Notes: generated by a model not told the origin, from the letters alone. Shown: positions 1 to 13,827, counted from the first letter of the whole stretch. The stretch: 43,724 nucleotides of DNA, filler included, from Catajapyx aquilonaris (GCA_000934665.2; 2 parts of 2 records of this genome joined end to end with filler, not necessarily neighbours in it), one strand, 5' to 3'. Numbers and translations: made by a program.

Positions 1-127
1 CTTAACCATTTACCCTCTCTAGAGAAGGTAAATGGTTAAGAGTGTGGTGGCGCCAATTCGCTCTTTTGCCGCCAGTGGATCGTGGCACCGTTAATATCCA
101 GCTACATTGTGTGTCTATATGTGACAG

Positions 128-375
128 GTTCCCGGTACATCCTGGCTGAACTTCACCCTGAAACTGAGTACGACGTGACCGTTTCGGCGCGCAACGCTGC
201 AGGGATGGGTGACCCTTCACCTGTGATGGCAGTGCGTACTGACCCATTGCAGGCCAACCCCGTGACAGACTTGGGCGACGGTGGTCACTGGTCAGCACCT
301 TCGCCATTGCTCACCTTCCTTCTCCTCATGCCCAGCACCGTGCTATTCCTCCACCGCATTGTTGCGGACTGTTGA
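128..375 (+). CDS. Terminal exon of a fibronectin type III domain protein with a hydrophobic C-terminus (probable GPI-anchored Ig/FN3 adhesion molecule, NCAM/fasciclin-2-like)
   Basis: Acceptor ...gtgacag ends at 127. Translation YILAELHPETEYDVTVSARNAAGMGDPS...VRT is the C-terminal half of an FN3 domain (L.P.TEY.V.V.A.N..G.G). A spacer and hydrophobic tail (LLTFLLLMPSTVLFL) follow, with TGA at 373-375. AATAAA occurs near 1019-1029. Confidence 0.8.
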
Positions 376-3215
376 ACAATCACGGAGGGTGTTACCCTAC
401 AATTTATTTATGAGTAAATTTGCCGTTTCAGGTACAGTCATACGCATTAAACCGACCCGAATTAAAGAATCACTTTTGCGTACGACTGTACCCGCGGCCC
501 CACGTTTTTTTTAAAAGTATGACTATACCAGTATGGAACCGCTGGCGCCATCTGTCGGGTGGGAAAAGTTGAGCAGTTTGGTCCACAGATGGCGATGGGA
601 GTGATGTGGGCGCCAAATTTTCGGTTTTTTTGAGTTTTTTTAAAAAATATCAGTTACGCTGTTTTTATTTTTGGGTTAATGTTTCACAGGTGTATACTGG
701 TAAACACTCATCGCGGATGTGTGATATAAGCCAAAGAAATTTTTTTGTGGGGGGAAGATATAGAAAGTGGCGAATTTTGACGCTTTTAGAAACAATTGTT
801 GATTATTGAATTTTAAGTAGCTGGTTATTCCTTCTATCCATAGTTGTACATTTAACTCATTGAAGACAAAAAAAAAATGGGGGGATAAACTAACTGTAGA
901 CAAAAACCGGCTGTAAATAATAGCTAAAGTATGTATGAGGATGTGTATAGGGGGACACACTGTCTGCTTTAAATATTTGGGGGAGAGAAAAAATAATTGT
1001 GCACGAATGAGTATTTAAAATAAAATAAAAAGTGTTCAAAGTCGTCATCTCGCCGAAAAAAATTAACAAAGAGCTTGTTGTTGATTGTGATGTCTGAATA
1101 TTTGCGCGCGAATTTTATTATTCAAGATGTTTGGTGGTTTCAATGTTGAAAGCGTTTCATTGGACTCGTTTGAAAAACGACTTTGTACATTCCAGACGAG
1201 ATAATGTATGTGGAAGTGTATATTAATATTAATAATTATAATAATTGTGCATGTACAGGAATGTATATGCAAATGAACAATATTAGAGCAAAAAAAAAAT
1301 TTGCACCCCACAGTAAACCGTCACCTCCGCTGTACATATTTACTCTTTCGTGTTGACAAATTTGTTGGGTTATACCTGGAGGATGATGTGGTGTTTTCTC
1401 CTGTCTTCTATATGGGCCGTGGCTTCTAGTCAAGCAGCAAGACACAGAGAGACGAAGAGAGATTAAAAATAACTGTATAACTTCATTTATATAGAATAGC
1501 TGTTCTTTCCCTCTTCTGCTCTCTTGTCTTGCACCCTGTCCACCCAAGATCCTTTAAGAAAAAGAAAAGAGTTATAAAAAAAATGGCGAACGTGAACCGG
1601 AGGCGTCGTTGGAGCCATCTCACGACATGCTGTAACGACGCCTCTGGATGCAACCTCTTTGTACGTGTGGCGCATGCTCAGTGCAGACTGTTTCTTTTTT
1701 TTTTAGCCCTAAACAATTTTAGGCGACGTGATTGTTGCTGAATGGTGGGAATGATGGGAGTGTCGCTTTGTTCTAGGGAGGGGAGGGGGGGGGGGGGAAT
1801 AATTATGATAATAAGTGAACGGGGTTGACACGAAAATAAAAAGCTTTTACTTGCTACTTTGCACTTCTTTCATGCCTCTATTTACTAGCAGGAGACCCGT
1901 TCTTCGTACTGTGATTGATAAATAAAAACATGTGCCACAATTGCTGCTGATGAGACACCAAACATGAGGTGGTGGTATGTAATTTTACAAATAAATGTGG
2001 TTTAATTGATATTTAACTAAATTATAAAAATTAGCACGACCACCACCTTATAAATAAATAGTGTTATATCTGTGGAAGGAAAATGATGGAAAAAATATTT
2101 ATTCATAAAAAAGCTGTTTATTGGGCAGCACAGGCTACAGAAGACGCAAGTGACTAGAAAAAATAAACATGAGAAAAAAAGATGCGGACAGGAGTTATGG
2201 AGGAATTGTCGTTGCCATTTTTTTTTATGTCACCCAGCCCCATTGGCTATGTTGAAATTGAGCAAAGTTAAAAACATACCCTCGTTTCCAAAAAATAATC
2301 CTCCATATGTCCTTCCGGCACAAGGAACACCAAACTGGGCCAATGTCCAGCTGATATTTTTATAAAGGATTTGTCACAACCCATCTGCATTATATATAAA
2401 TAAGGCCGTTGCATTGTCCGGACAGTGGAAGTCACGTGATAACATCATTCGAGGTTTTTTTTTAAAATTAAAAAAAAGAAAAAAAACAGTCAACAAGGTA
2501 TGAAATATGAAATAAAACTTAACATTAGCATAGTAGCGACAGAATAGTCGAATGACAACACACTTAGTATATCATTCACATAGATCACCCTTTTGAGTTC
2601 ATGTTTTTTTTGAAAATACACCCCAAAAAAAAAACTGTACACAAGTATTTTTATTGCACGCTGATGCGACCTGAGAGTATGATCTCTACAGGTTAGGTTA
2701 AATATAAAACATCGACTTAACCACTAATCTATGATTAGTCCACCTCTAAAACTACACCTAATCTAGGATTGTACGTTTTGAGGGAATTTTTATTTTTTAA
2801 TCTTGTAAAAGTATCCATAACAAACTCCTACACAACAGAAATCCCAAGAAGAACGCTCCTACACAACAACAAATAACAGGTATCAGAAACTAGTAAATAA
2901 TAATGAATACTTATAGACCTTAAAAAAAAGATAATATGCTGCGATTATTAATCCCGCTGGAAAACACTTGTGCATTTTGTTTAATTTTTTTTAAACTTCA
3001 TTTACCTTTCATTTGTACTCAGTTCAGATGATTGATATTGGGAAGACAATAATGAGGAAGACGAGAATAGTTCCCTTGACCAATCTTCACTTAGCAATTG
3101 CACTGCTGAGTATTCTTATATATACAATCGCCATCTTCGCACAGTGATTGGTCACATCGTGTGCAACTTATGCCTCGAATTGGCCTTTTTACTTCAACTC
3201 CTTAAAAAATCTAAC

Positions 3216-3237
3216 TTAAGAGGACTCTCTTTCCTCG

Positions 3238-3275
<38 letters not shown>

Positions 3276-3502
3276 GTCATCCTGAGGGAGATGCATAGGA
3301 CGCGAGTTGAGACCCGGCCATGGCAGATCAGACACCGGAATCTTCTTGTTAGATCCGGTCATCTTATCCGCACCATCATCTTTTGGAACCATCGCCAACC
3401 CCTGGGTGCTCTGGTGGCATGATGCGCAGAACCCACGCGCAAGTTGTTTCTGCGCAGCCAGGAACACCTTCCCGCAACGCAGACACTCTTCTTGAGGATC
3501 AC
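3216..3502 (-). CDS. Last exon of C2H2 zinc-finger gene (CxxC...CxxC motif and poly-Glu tail)
   Basis: Acceptor ttttttgtgtgaacttag, phase 1, in frame with the upstream exon. Encodes GDPQEECLRCGKVF...CASC...EEEEEEEEEEEEDEERESS*. Confidence 0.8.
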
Positions 3503-3621
3503 CTAAGTTCACACAAAAAAATAGCAATAAGTCACCAGTTTTTTTTTCTCAATAAGCTGTTACTTTTTGCTAATAAGCAGCTTATTGCACAGTTTTCCCC
3601 AGGAGACTTATCTAGCCTTAC

Positions 3622-3705
3622 CTTCGTGTGTTTTCATGTGTGCGCGAAGGTTGCAGGCCAACGCAAAACGTTTGTGACACAGCTCACAGGCATGGGGCTT
3701 GTCTC
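3622..3705 (-). CDS. Internal exon of C2H2 zinc-finger gene (third finger seen)
   Basis: Acceptor ttgtttttgcag and donor gtaagg. The 84 nt encode GDKPHACELCHKRFALACNLRAHMKTHE. Phases match both neighbouring exons. Confidence 0.92.
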
Positions 3706-4849
3706 CTGCAAAAACAAAGAATTTCGTCAAAAAAGTGTTGCATCAAAAGCAGCTTTTTTAATAGCTATAAGTCATAACTTTCTCCACATTTTTAAGTCTC
3801 CTATTAAAGTAGCGTACAAGGATAAGTGTGCAATAATCGCCTTATGGTTTTTTCCTTAATGCTTTTCTCATGCAATAGTTTCGAAACCCCCCAAACCGGG
3901 TGTCTCTAAAAGTACACAAGAAACTTCGGTTGTATCCTATATGGAAATAAGGTCATGGGAGTGGACACGTAATTGGTAGTGCCTTGTGTGTGATATCCTC
4001 CCAACCCTACCAACTACCAAACCACCCAACATTTTGTGGTGGTTGCAATCTGTCCCACTTCCTCCTTAAGACGTTAGGACCCCTGAAGACGTTATAAGAA
4101 AAACCGTTGGGAGCACCTTCGACCACCATCTGACCACTTCTGTCGTACTTCCGCTTTTTATCTTTTTCCTTCTGTATTTTTTTTACACATGCTATAATAC
4201 CAGCCGTTGGTATAAACCACAGCTGTCTATATATTTATCGTAAATCATATTTACTAAGGATCCACGCGTCGGATCGAAATTAAGACTGGGCTTGAGAAAA
4301 CTTGCTTCTTTTTTTATGGGCTTTGATGGTGCACTTTGCGGTGCAGAGGCGCCATTTGGCAGCAGGAGGGCCTACCAGTCTCATGTTTTTTTTTGTGGTT
4401 CTTGTGGCTTCTTTTTGTGATAAAACCTATGACCGGAGCCCGACCAAATCCTAATTTACGCGCCCACAAATGGGGATTTTCTGGCATAAACGACCGTTTT
4501 AGTCGCACCTTTATGGGGGTCACGGACCATGTTTTTTTAAAGGTTAGAAACAGGTAAAAATGGAAGCCAATTATATCGAGCTGTAATTTATGTGATTCCT
4601 ATGCGCAAGGGATTTGCCAATTAGTTACTTTTGCAGTACCTGGACAAAACAGTGATGTAAACTACCGAGGGTAACTGTAACAACCCGCGACACTGTACGG
4701 CGGAACCAGGTTACCCATTACAGTTAGGACATTAATTGCGCAGGTTTTTCGTACCTATCCGCATAAATTCGCCATGCCCTTCAATCTAGGACCACAAGGT
4801 GGACATTGTTAAGGCGACAAACCAGTTTGGACATTTTGTGTCGGGGGGT

Positions 4850-5338
4850 GATACAAAATGGCGCCTAAAATCACAAACATGTGTGATTGGCTATGTCACC
4901 TTCTAACTCCTCCCATCCCGATAATTCGGACAGCTTGTCCCGGGTTATTCGGACAGCTTGTCCCGGGTTATTCGGCCAGCGATTTCGTCCCGGGTTATTC
5001 GGCCAGCGATTTCGTCCCGGGTTGTTCGGCCAGCGATTTCGTCCCGGGTTGTTCGGCCAGCGATTTCGTCCCGGGTTGTTCGGCCAGCGATTTCGTCCCG
5101 GGTTATTCGGACAGCGAATTCGTCCCGGGTTGTTCGGACAGCTTCTAATTCGTCTAGGGTTATCCGGACAGCTTCTAATTCGTCCAGGGTTATCCGGACA
5201 GCTTCTAATTCGTCCAGGGTTATTCGGACAGCGATTTCGTCCCGGGTTATCCGGACAGCGATTTCGTCCCGGGTTAAAGGGACAGCTTTCATCCCGCTTT
5301 CAGGACATACAGCCGAATGGGCGGCGCCATTTTGTATC
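4850..5338. mobile_element. Probable non-autonomous DNA element: 27-30 bp minisatellite between inverted repeats
   Basis: Unit ttcgtcccgggttgttcggccagcgat repeats at ~4920-5280. GATACAAAATGGCGCC (4850-4865) and its exact reverse complement (5323-5338) flank it. Confidence 0.6.
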
Positions 5339-6254
5339 CACTATGGTGTCCTTTATTTTTTTGTCGTACACCGGTACCTGATTTCCCTATTGGATTCGCT
5401 TCCCGCACGGAATATCCGAAAATGGGCTGTCACGCTCGAATGACAAGACATTTTTTTTTGTAGTTCACCCTGTCAATTTGCTGCTCTTCCCAGGTTTCAT
5501 GTTGCGTGCCAGATATCAAAGAAGATAGCGCTCTAAAAAAAATATATTTGGCCGAATTTTCAAGATGGGCACTACCTTTTGGACTCTAACCCTGTCCCGT
5601 CGCTTTGCTTTACGATCACTCTCGTCGCAGTTAATTGAGACGCTGCAACTCTTGGAGACTGGCTAACGAGATGTCCTCTCCAGCCAAGTTGATTCTAGAA
5701 AAAAAAAAGGTACGCCGAAGACATGGAAAAAGATAGTGGTAGGGTGGCCTGAGTTCTTCGGCTAATTTGGAAGCTCTTTCGGAGGAGGCGCCCTGTTGAG
5801 AAAGAGTGACCATCGTTCCGGTTTGGATGGCTGCTATATTTCATCATCAGGTTGCTACGGGGTTTTTTCATGTAAAAAAAAATTCGGTCGGCACTTTTTC
5901 GGTGACGCGTGCCTTGGTAGCCACACAAAATTTTTGCAGGGTTTACATCCAGTGTTGCCATAATGGGTGTCCCCAATAAAGGAGTGAGCCTTGAGGCGAT
6001 TTTGGAGCGATTGATTATTCGTTGGTTAAGAAGTCGAATGGAACCCTGCTGAGCTGATCCTGTCTTGGAAACCGAGGGGGCTTCATCATGGTGGGATGAT
6101 CGTATGTTGCCCGCCTTGCGTGAGACCGGCATCTGTATAATAATGACCCCCTTATTTACGCACCAGATCCGGCCCGCGATCAGAAAATCAACCCCGGTAT
6201 TTTAGGCATGAATGGAGCCCCAGGTACACGCCATTGTGGCCTAAACCACTGATG

Positions 6255-7110
6255 ATGTCGATAGATGTCGATGCGTCTACATGAAAATACGGTATATCAA
6301 TAGGTACCGTTCGATATATCGACTCATCGGGAGGTAATGTTCACTATATCGACTTATCGATGTGTATCGCTCGAATTTTCGATTTTAAAATCGACTTATC
6401 GATAGGTACTAATGCTCAATTTATCGACTTATCGATATGCATTGTTCGATATATCGATTTTAACCGTAATGTTCGATATAGACGCCTATTCCAATGTATT
6501 GTTCGAATTATCGATGTGTATTGTTCGAATTATTGCTTTTGGAATCAACTTATCATTATGTGATGTTCAATACATCGACTTATCGATATGTAATGCTTTA
6601 TAATAGATTCATCGAATGCACTGCTCAATATATCGATTTTAAAATTGACCTATTTGATACATGTTCGATATAGACGGATCGTAATTTATTGTTCGACTTA
6701 TCGCTTTTGGAATCAACTTATCGATGTGTATTGTTGGATTTTATCACTTTTGGAATCTACGTATCGATATGTAATGTTCTATACAGGGTGTTTCAACTTT
6801 TTTGTCTGAACAGTTATCGGAAATATTGCACTAAGCTGCTACTTTGTAAGCAGTATGTGCCACTTCAACCTATAAGGTTCGCAGGAAATATTCCCCATTC
6901 CTCCAACAAACCGGTTGCAAGTCACTGCTTACAAAGTAGCAGCTTATAGTGCAATATTTCCGATAACTGTTCAGACAAAAAGTTGAAACACCTTGTATTG
7001 GACGTATCCACATATAATGTTCTACATATCGCCTCATCGAATGCACTGTTCGATATATCAATTTTACATTCGCCTTATTGCTACTAGATATATCGAATTC
7101 TTAATCGACT
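6255..7110. repeat. Degenerate ATCGAT/TCGATATA-rich tandem array
   Basis: Many variants of ttcgatatatcgacttatcgat, interrupted by a MITE. Confidence 0.75.
6784..6995. mobile_element. Tc1/mariner-type MITE
   Basis: TA|CAGGGTGTTTCAACTTTTT ... AAAAAGTTGAAACACCTTG|TA, with ~70-bp inverted arms and a TA duplication. Confidence 0.88.
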
Positions 7111-8179
7111 TGTCCTTTGCCACATATTGTCCTTCTTCAAAGTGTCCGCTCCTGGTCCAGTACCGGACATGCCAACGTCAACAATTCCAGTACTAGCAAC
7201 CTGCATTATCAAGCACGCCCTGCTATATCACTTCCTCCTCAAAAAACTTGAGGTACAAAAAAAAAATCCAGGTGCGGGCCAACTTGCGTTAAAGAATGTA
7301 CTCCGGACCAATCAGGTATAGCAAGCACCCCCTGAGTGCTTTGAACAGGTAGCAAACAGGTGCAGGTAAGGTAGGGCAACACCCCCACCCATCTCTCTTT
7401 CCCCCTGCTTCTCCACCCTACCCACCACCACCAGCCACCCTAGAAAAGCCGACCCTGCACCTGCTTCTTCTCGGGTAGTTGTAACCCCCTTGAGCCAGGG
7501 CAAACCCCCCCTACGATGAAAGAAATAATGATAATCCTAAGCCGGCTCACGCATGCAACAGAGTAGCTGTAGGGGGGGTGGCCCAGCCTTTCATATTTCA
7601 CCTGGGTACCCGCAGGATTACCTGGGGCTTGTCAACGGGTAGACCCAACCGCAACGACACCCGTGTGAACCCGCTCCCTGGCACCCTCCCAATTACCTGA
7701 TTGTATTTTATGAGGGCCAGGCACTGCGTATCTGGGCTCTAAATCTCCTCCCCAGATGAGGTCCAGCATCTCAAGTAAGGTACGCTTTTTGTATCAGCGG
7801 GAATCCGATTTCCCTGATGTGGTATGCATCCTTGGATGGCCTTATAATGGAGGCGTTTTTGTCCTTGGAAGGAGCACTTGTGAAGTACCGCCTTCTTCCC
7901 CACTGCTTGTTCCCAATGTCGGGCTGCTGCCCCCCTTTATCTGCCCCAATGGCCGCCCCACCCCATAGATTACGCTCCAGATAAACTAGATTTCTGTGGA
8001 TGCTGCTTCCAATTTGAACGGGTCTTACTGTTGTGCCCTGGGCCAGGTTGTGCCTTGTGCCACTTGGGCCAATATCACCACGGATAATAGGTTGTTCCTT
8101 CTGTACAGTCAACGGGCCTTGTCAGGAAAATCACCATTTTCATATCAAAAATAGCATAACCATAGCGTAGAGTATTTAC

Positions 8180-9030
8180 CCAAAATATCGATAATAAAGT
8201 ATTGGGCTATATATCGAAATTATCGATAATGGGTATTAGGCTACGTATCGAAATTATAGCCTAATACCCATTATCGATAATTTCGATATATAGCCTAATA
8301 CCCATTATCGATAATGGGTATTAGGCTATAATATCGAAATTATCGATAATGGGTATTAGGCTACATATCGAAATTATCGATAATGGGTATTAGAATATAT
8401 TATAATTATCGGTAAGACCTACTAGAATAATATATCGAAATTGTCGATAACTAAGTTATACATGTCGGGAGTACAGATATGATTATAAAATATAGAGTAT
8501 ATCGAAAACATCGGTAATAAAATACAGAATATGTCGATAAGACGTATCAGAACACATCGGAATTATCGATAAGACGGATTACAACATATCGAAATTATCG
8601 ATAAATAAGTATTGAACATGTCTGAAGTATCGATAAATTAGTATTGAACAGGTCTGAAATATCGATAAATTAGTATTGAACATGTCTGAAATGTCGATAT
8701 TATTAAAATATTGAATCTAATTCTCGGTATCGTCAATAATACGTATCGGAACATATCGGAATTACTGATAAGATGTATCAGAATATATCGGAATTATCGA
8801 GATGTATTAGAATATATCGGAATTATCGATAAGATCTATTATAATATATCGAAATTATCGAAAATTTAGTATGGTATGTCGGATATATCGATACAATTAA
8901 AATATGCAGTATATCTCTCTCTCGAAAATATTGGTAATAAAATACAAAAATATATCAAATGCCGATAATAAAATTTAAAATTGCGATATATCGATGTCTG
9001 GCCTTGAAATGTATCGGTAATTCGATATTC
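8180..9030. repeat. ATCGAT-rich tandem array with an internal inversion
   Basis: Repeats of atatcgaaattatcgataa. The unit gggtattaggct flips to agcctaataccc at ~8258-8310. Confidence 0.75.
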
Positions 9031-9050
9031 TAAGCCTGTTCGTGCCCGAT

Positions 9051-9107
9051 TGTCACGTTTGAGTCCTAGTGCCATTAGATGGGCCGGATAGTGTTTGCAG
9101 AGAGAGA

Positions 9108-9157
<50 letters not shown>

Positions 9158-9579
9158 ACCCTTCCCTGATAGACAATCTGTGGCCAGGTGTTGGTGACCA
9201 CACCTGTGCAAAGGCGACAAGGCACGTACAGCATCAGGACAAACAAAAGGAGGCGCGTCCTTGCCGCAAGGTCGCGAGTGGGTCTTTTTCGCAGTGCTGG
9301 CTCCTGGCCCGGATTGCACACCAAACAAACAAGGCCCATGTCAGGAGGCATGGAATTTGAGTCCAGGTCGGCCTTGCCTTATAAAGGGAGCCCACTGTGG
9401 GGCCATTCATTACTCTCACTCTCCCAGAATCCCCCAGCCAAAACAATCCCCAAGCAGGCTGGCAATGCCTGGTGGAAGTGTACAGCCGCCTACGACCAGA
9501 TTGATAGGCATTTGCCATCGGACACCTCCCTAAGACACCACCCTGGATTCGGCCTCATTTGCATACGAGGCACGTCACA
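9051..9579 (-). mobile_element. Probable LTR containing a (GA)n microsatellite, possibly the 5' LTR of a decayed element extending toward 7110-8120
   Basis: TGTCACG...CGTCACA termini and an internal TATA-like CTTATAAAGG. On the minus strand it is followed by tcgggcacgaacagg, loosely like a tRNA-Lys primer-binding site. No TSD found. Confidence 0.45.
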
Positions 9580-9715
9580 TCTCAGGTACAGTCCACCACA
9601 AAAAGGTGCGGGGTCACCAACCAGTTGTGCAAAAACTCACATAATTACAATTAAACACTACGTGAAATTAAATTTGACAAAATATCAAATGTGATTAAAT
9701 TTGACAAAATATCAA

Positions 9716-10001
9716 GGAAGGAGTAGGGAAAAGAGACATCACAAAAGTCGGGAGGGTGAGTAGTGGACAGGGGCTGTGGCTGTGTCGCAAACGTAAGATT
9801 TTTTGGATTTGAATCTTTTTATTATTTAGGAAGAGGTATGCTGTACGAACCTAACCTTCCTTCCTTGCGGATACAGACCTATCTTCAGCGGATACACGCC
9901 TATCCTTCAGCCTGCCTGCTCCGTTTTTGCGACACAGCCACTGCCCCCAGCCACCACCAACCCTCTCGACGTTTGTGGTGGCGCGTTAACCTACTCTAGC
10001 C
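9716..10001. mobile_element. MITE with imperfect ~75-bp TIRs and 8-bp TSD (MULE- or hAT-type)
   Basis: AATATCAA at 9708-9715 and 10002-10009. Ends GGAAGGAGTAGG...GTGGCTGTGTCGCAAA and TTTGCGACACAGCCAC...CCTACTCTAGCC. Confidence 0.75.
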
Positions 10002-11263
10002 AATATCAAATGTGATTAAATAATAAAAATACATTATAAAATAAATAATAAGCAATGGAGACGAAGCCCCACCGGAGAACGTAGCGAGTCTATAATATTT
10101 AAATCCTACCGATTGGCCTATTTGGGCTACGCTTCAGATTGGCCCCCCGTTATGCACCTGCGCAGGCAGCGCCTCTGGTGGACATAACAAGTTTGAAATG
10201 AAATTGGCAAAAATTGATGATCGCGTACAGTAGTATTTGTTTGTAACTGGTCCGCAACTTTTTGCTGTGGACTGTACCAGGGCGCGCCGCTGTTTCCATC
10301 AGTTATTGGAAGGACGGATAATTAATCTATTTGTGGGCATTAGTTGATTACCGAGAGGGTGGACTGGTCAGCACTTGAGGGCACCTGGTGACCTAGCCCG
10401 TTTGTCACCGGAATGTGTACACCTGTCCGCGTGCTCCTGGCAACCCTGCCTTTACCTGCACCCAAACCCGCCCACAGTGGCCAGGTGGATGGATAATTAA
10501 GGAGGGCAACACCTGCAAGTAAACCCATGACGTCACTGGCAATTACGCGCTCAAAAATAATTAAACAAAAACGATGTTGCACCTTGGGAAAAATAGAAAG
10601 TAGTGAAATATCCGCGGCAGATCACACACTAATTGATAAGCCTCGCGTGAGAACCTTGGACTTAAGTCCGATTCCCGTTTTCTGCCTCAAAAAGTCAGAC
10701 CCCCACGATAATTATCTGGTAGCCTAAGCTCCCTTATGTCGAAAGCAAAAGGGGGCAACTCCCGAGTTAAGGGATCGTAAATTCCCTGTTTGCGTGCAGC
10801 TTCCAACACAACCGAAGGAATTTTTTTGAGACGTTTTACAAAAAAAAACTGGTAATTGCACCCAAGTCTTAAGATCCATTTGGGCGTACACAACCGGGTG
10901 AATTATGGCAATGAATCCAGATCCACCGCTATATGGCCATATGCATATCGCACGCAGGAGGCTGAGGGCGGGGCGGATATTTCCCACGGGAGCCTCCAAT
11001 ATGACCTTTGACCCCTATCCGTGACTTACGGAGGCTGTTGCTATCCCTCACGAAAAATCCGCTCTCAAAGTGGGCCGAACATGAGCCTGCCCGCCCATCT
11101 TATTTATTTACCTTCCACACCCTGTTTTTTTTTCGGAAGGTGTCAGAAGGATCACACCGACTGACCGCCCATATGATTATTCAACACGTAATAACGGTCA
11201 CGATCACATCTGGAGACGGGAAAACGTCTTCAAGACGGTATATTCGGAATAGGCAGTCGGTAG

Positions 11264-11500
11264 CCTCCGAACGGGCGTTTCCCGCATGTTCTATCCTCCG
11301 AACGGGCGTTTCCCGCATGTTCTATCCTCCGAACGGGCGTTTCCCGCATGTTCTATCCTCCGAACGGACGTTATTCGCATGTGCTAGCCTCCGAACGGGC
11401 GTTATCTGCATGGGCTAGCCTCCGAACGGCCGTTATCCGCATGGGCTAGCCTCCGAACGGCCGTTATCCGCATGGGCTAGCCTCCGAACGGGTGTCATCT
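11264..11500. repeat. 31-bp minisatellite
   Basis: Unit cctccgaacgggcgtttcccgcatgttctat, about 7-8 diverging copies. Confidence 0.9.
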
Positions 11501-12487
11501 GCAGTTGCTAGCTTCCAAATAGATGTGGCGTTCTCCCGTGACCACGAGAGCTATGCTGGTGGTAGCTTTGTTTACTGTCAGGGTTTCCTTTATATCTTTT
11601 TATAGCCAGATAGCCATAGTTGCTTTGGCTTCTTCCTAATAAACCATACCAAACGGATGTTCTAGCCTCCGAACGGGTGTCATCCTCATTCTGTAGTCTC
11701 CAGGGTTTCGCATTCTGTGCCCTCCAAATGGGTGTAATCGACAGTCGGTACCTTTCCAAATGGGTATTATTAAAGGTACTACCGTGCACAGAAGTCGACC
11801 AATCAATTTTGTGTCCCCCTAGGAGCACTTAGTGGCGTCCAAGTGGTTTGTTATGGCGTATCTGGCCCTAGCAGAGGGGCAGCTAGGTAGTGATTAGAAG
11901 TAGGGGGCAATAAAAATGGCACCGGTTCAGGTGTGGGAAACTGGTCTGCTGCACGGTAGCAATTTTGAGTGTGTGGAGAGAGGGGGGAAGGGGTCCTTTT
12001 TTTCTCCTTCTTATGGGTGTGTGTGCGTATATATGGGAGGGGGGGGGGGGATCCAGGGTTTTAGATGGCTACCGGACTGGTAGCCATACATACCCTGCGG
12101 CGAGTCTGGTCGGATCGGATACAACCTATCCCCCTCCAAGTCCAGAAAAAGATGAGTTTTTGGACGCTGAGGAATGAGGCAACTTCAAGATTCCACTTTC
12201 CCCCCCAAGCTTTTGAGAGATACGGTTTTTTTGTAAATGAACAAGGGGGAGAGGGGGGGAGAGAATTCGTGCTCCATCTGCTGTACCTGCAGGGTATTGG
12301 TGTACATTGCTCGAAACCAGATCTCTGGGTTCAAAGACGGGGCAAGTATGTGGCATACTATGGGAAAAATACTTCAGTTACTCGAATCGCGCTTAACGTA
12401 CCAAATAACAGCTAAACATACTGGTTTAGATTGTCGTGGGCGAACCCGCACTTCGTCTGGCGGGAAATGCAGGTTCCACCATACACT

Positions 12488-13160
12488 CTGTCAAAATCGC
12501 GCTTAACGTACCAAGTCACGAGTAGAATAACTGCTTTGTCAAAATCGCGCTTAACGTAGCAAGGCACGAGTAAAATAACTGATTTGTCAAATTCGCGCTT
12601 AACGCGCCAAGTCACAAGTAGAATAACTGATTTGTCAAATTCACGCTTAACGCGCCAAGTCACGAGTAGAATAACTGCTTTGTCAAAATCATGCTTAACG
12701 TACCAAGTAACGAGTAAAATAACTGCTTTGTCAAAATCGCGCTTAACGTAGCAATTCACGCGTCGAATAACTGATTTGTCAAATTCGCGCTTAACGCGCC
12801 AAGTCACGAGTAGAATAACTGCTTTGTCAAAATCATGCTTAACGTCCCAAGTCACGAGTAGAATAACTGCTTTGTCAAAATCGCGCTTAACGTAGCAATT
12901 TACGCGTCGAATAACTGATTTGTCAAATTCGCGCTTAACGCGCCAAGTCACGAGTAGAATAACTGATTTGTCAAATTCGCGCTTAACGCGCCAAGGCACG
13001 AGTAGAATAACTGCTTTGCCAAAATCGCGCTTAACGTACCAAGTCACGAGCAGAATACGGTAACTGATTTGTCAAAATCGCGCTTAATGTACCAAGTCAC
13101 GAGTAAAATAACTGCTACTTTGAACCGCTATTTTTGTCAAAATCGCTCTTAACGTGCCAA
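12488..13160. repeat. 48-bp minisatellite
   Basis: Unit tgtcaaaatcgcgcttaacgtaccaagtcacgagtagaataactgctt, about 13-14 copies with no unique spacers. Confidence 0.92.
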
Positions 13161-13827
13161 ATACGTTAAAATGAATGAATCGGCCCCGTTTTTTCTGTCG
13201 AATTTACTAAAAAAATGGTTGAATGGAGATGCGCCATGGCATGTTAAGTACAGAAATTGTTAGTGTTTAAAAACCCAGGAGTGGTGAGGGGTAGGGGGTG
13301 GCCCCGCCCTGACAGCTCCTGAAGAAAACTGGCAGGCTTACCACCTCAACCAACACACTATACAAGGGCGTTGCCTACCCACCCATCCCATCGCCTCCCC
13401 ACCTAAACAACCCCCCCCCCTCCCTCCCAACCCTACACCAAAAACTTGCTACCTTTGGGCTCTGCCTCGTTTTCTCGTGTAAATCACTCCTCAGCTTTAA
13501 TTTAGGAGCCGTAAATCCAGACAACGGCCGCCGAAACGTAAAACGCCGCACTTAGCTCTTTTTATATCTCCCGCGCTTTATTTCTCACTCTATATTCTTT
13601 CCGGAGACTGGCATTTCACTCGAGGGGTCGCATAGTTACAACCCTGTCCTGTAACTGCCTGATATTTTTTGAGAGCTACTGCCACCCTTTGCCTCCAGGC
13701 TGACACTAAGAAGATTAGGACATATACGTACGATAATTAAAATGCAATTTAATTTTTTTAAATTCCATATTTGAAAGTTGTAAGTGGTTGTAAATAATTT
13801 GTCAATATCGGTAATTAATTTTGTTTA

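Noticed and set aside
1946..1962. CTGATGAG as a hammerhead ribozyme core
   Set aside because: No suitably placed GAAA or supporting stems found.
4858..5443. Four overlapping repetitive ORFs
   Set aside because: Artefacts of a stop-poor 27/30-bp minisatellite.
5620..6000. Possible decayed LINE ORF1 (similar hints at ~15800-16250 and a LINE 3' region at ~19200-19600)
   Set aside because: Motifs are too degenerate to support a call by eye.
8866..9360. ORFs with SLSLSL / ERERER tracts
   Set aside because: Translations of a (GA)n microsatellite.
12412..13160. 48-bp array as a CRISPR array or a 211-aa repeat protein
   Set aside because: Units are contiguous with no unique spacers and no cas genes, in a eukaryotic intron. 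The ORF arises because the unit length is a multiple of 3.
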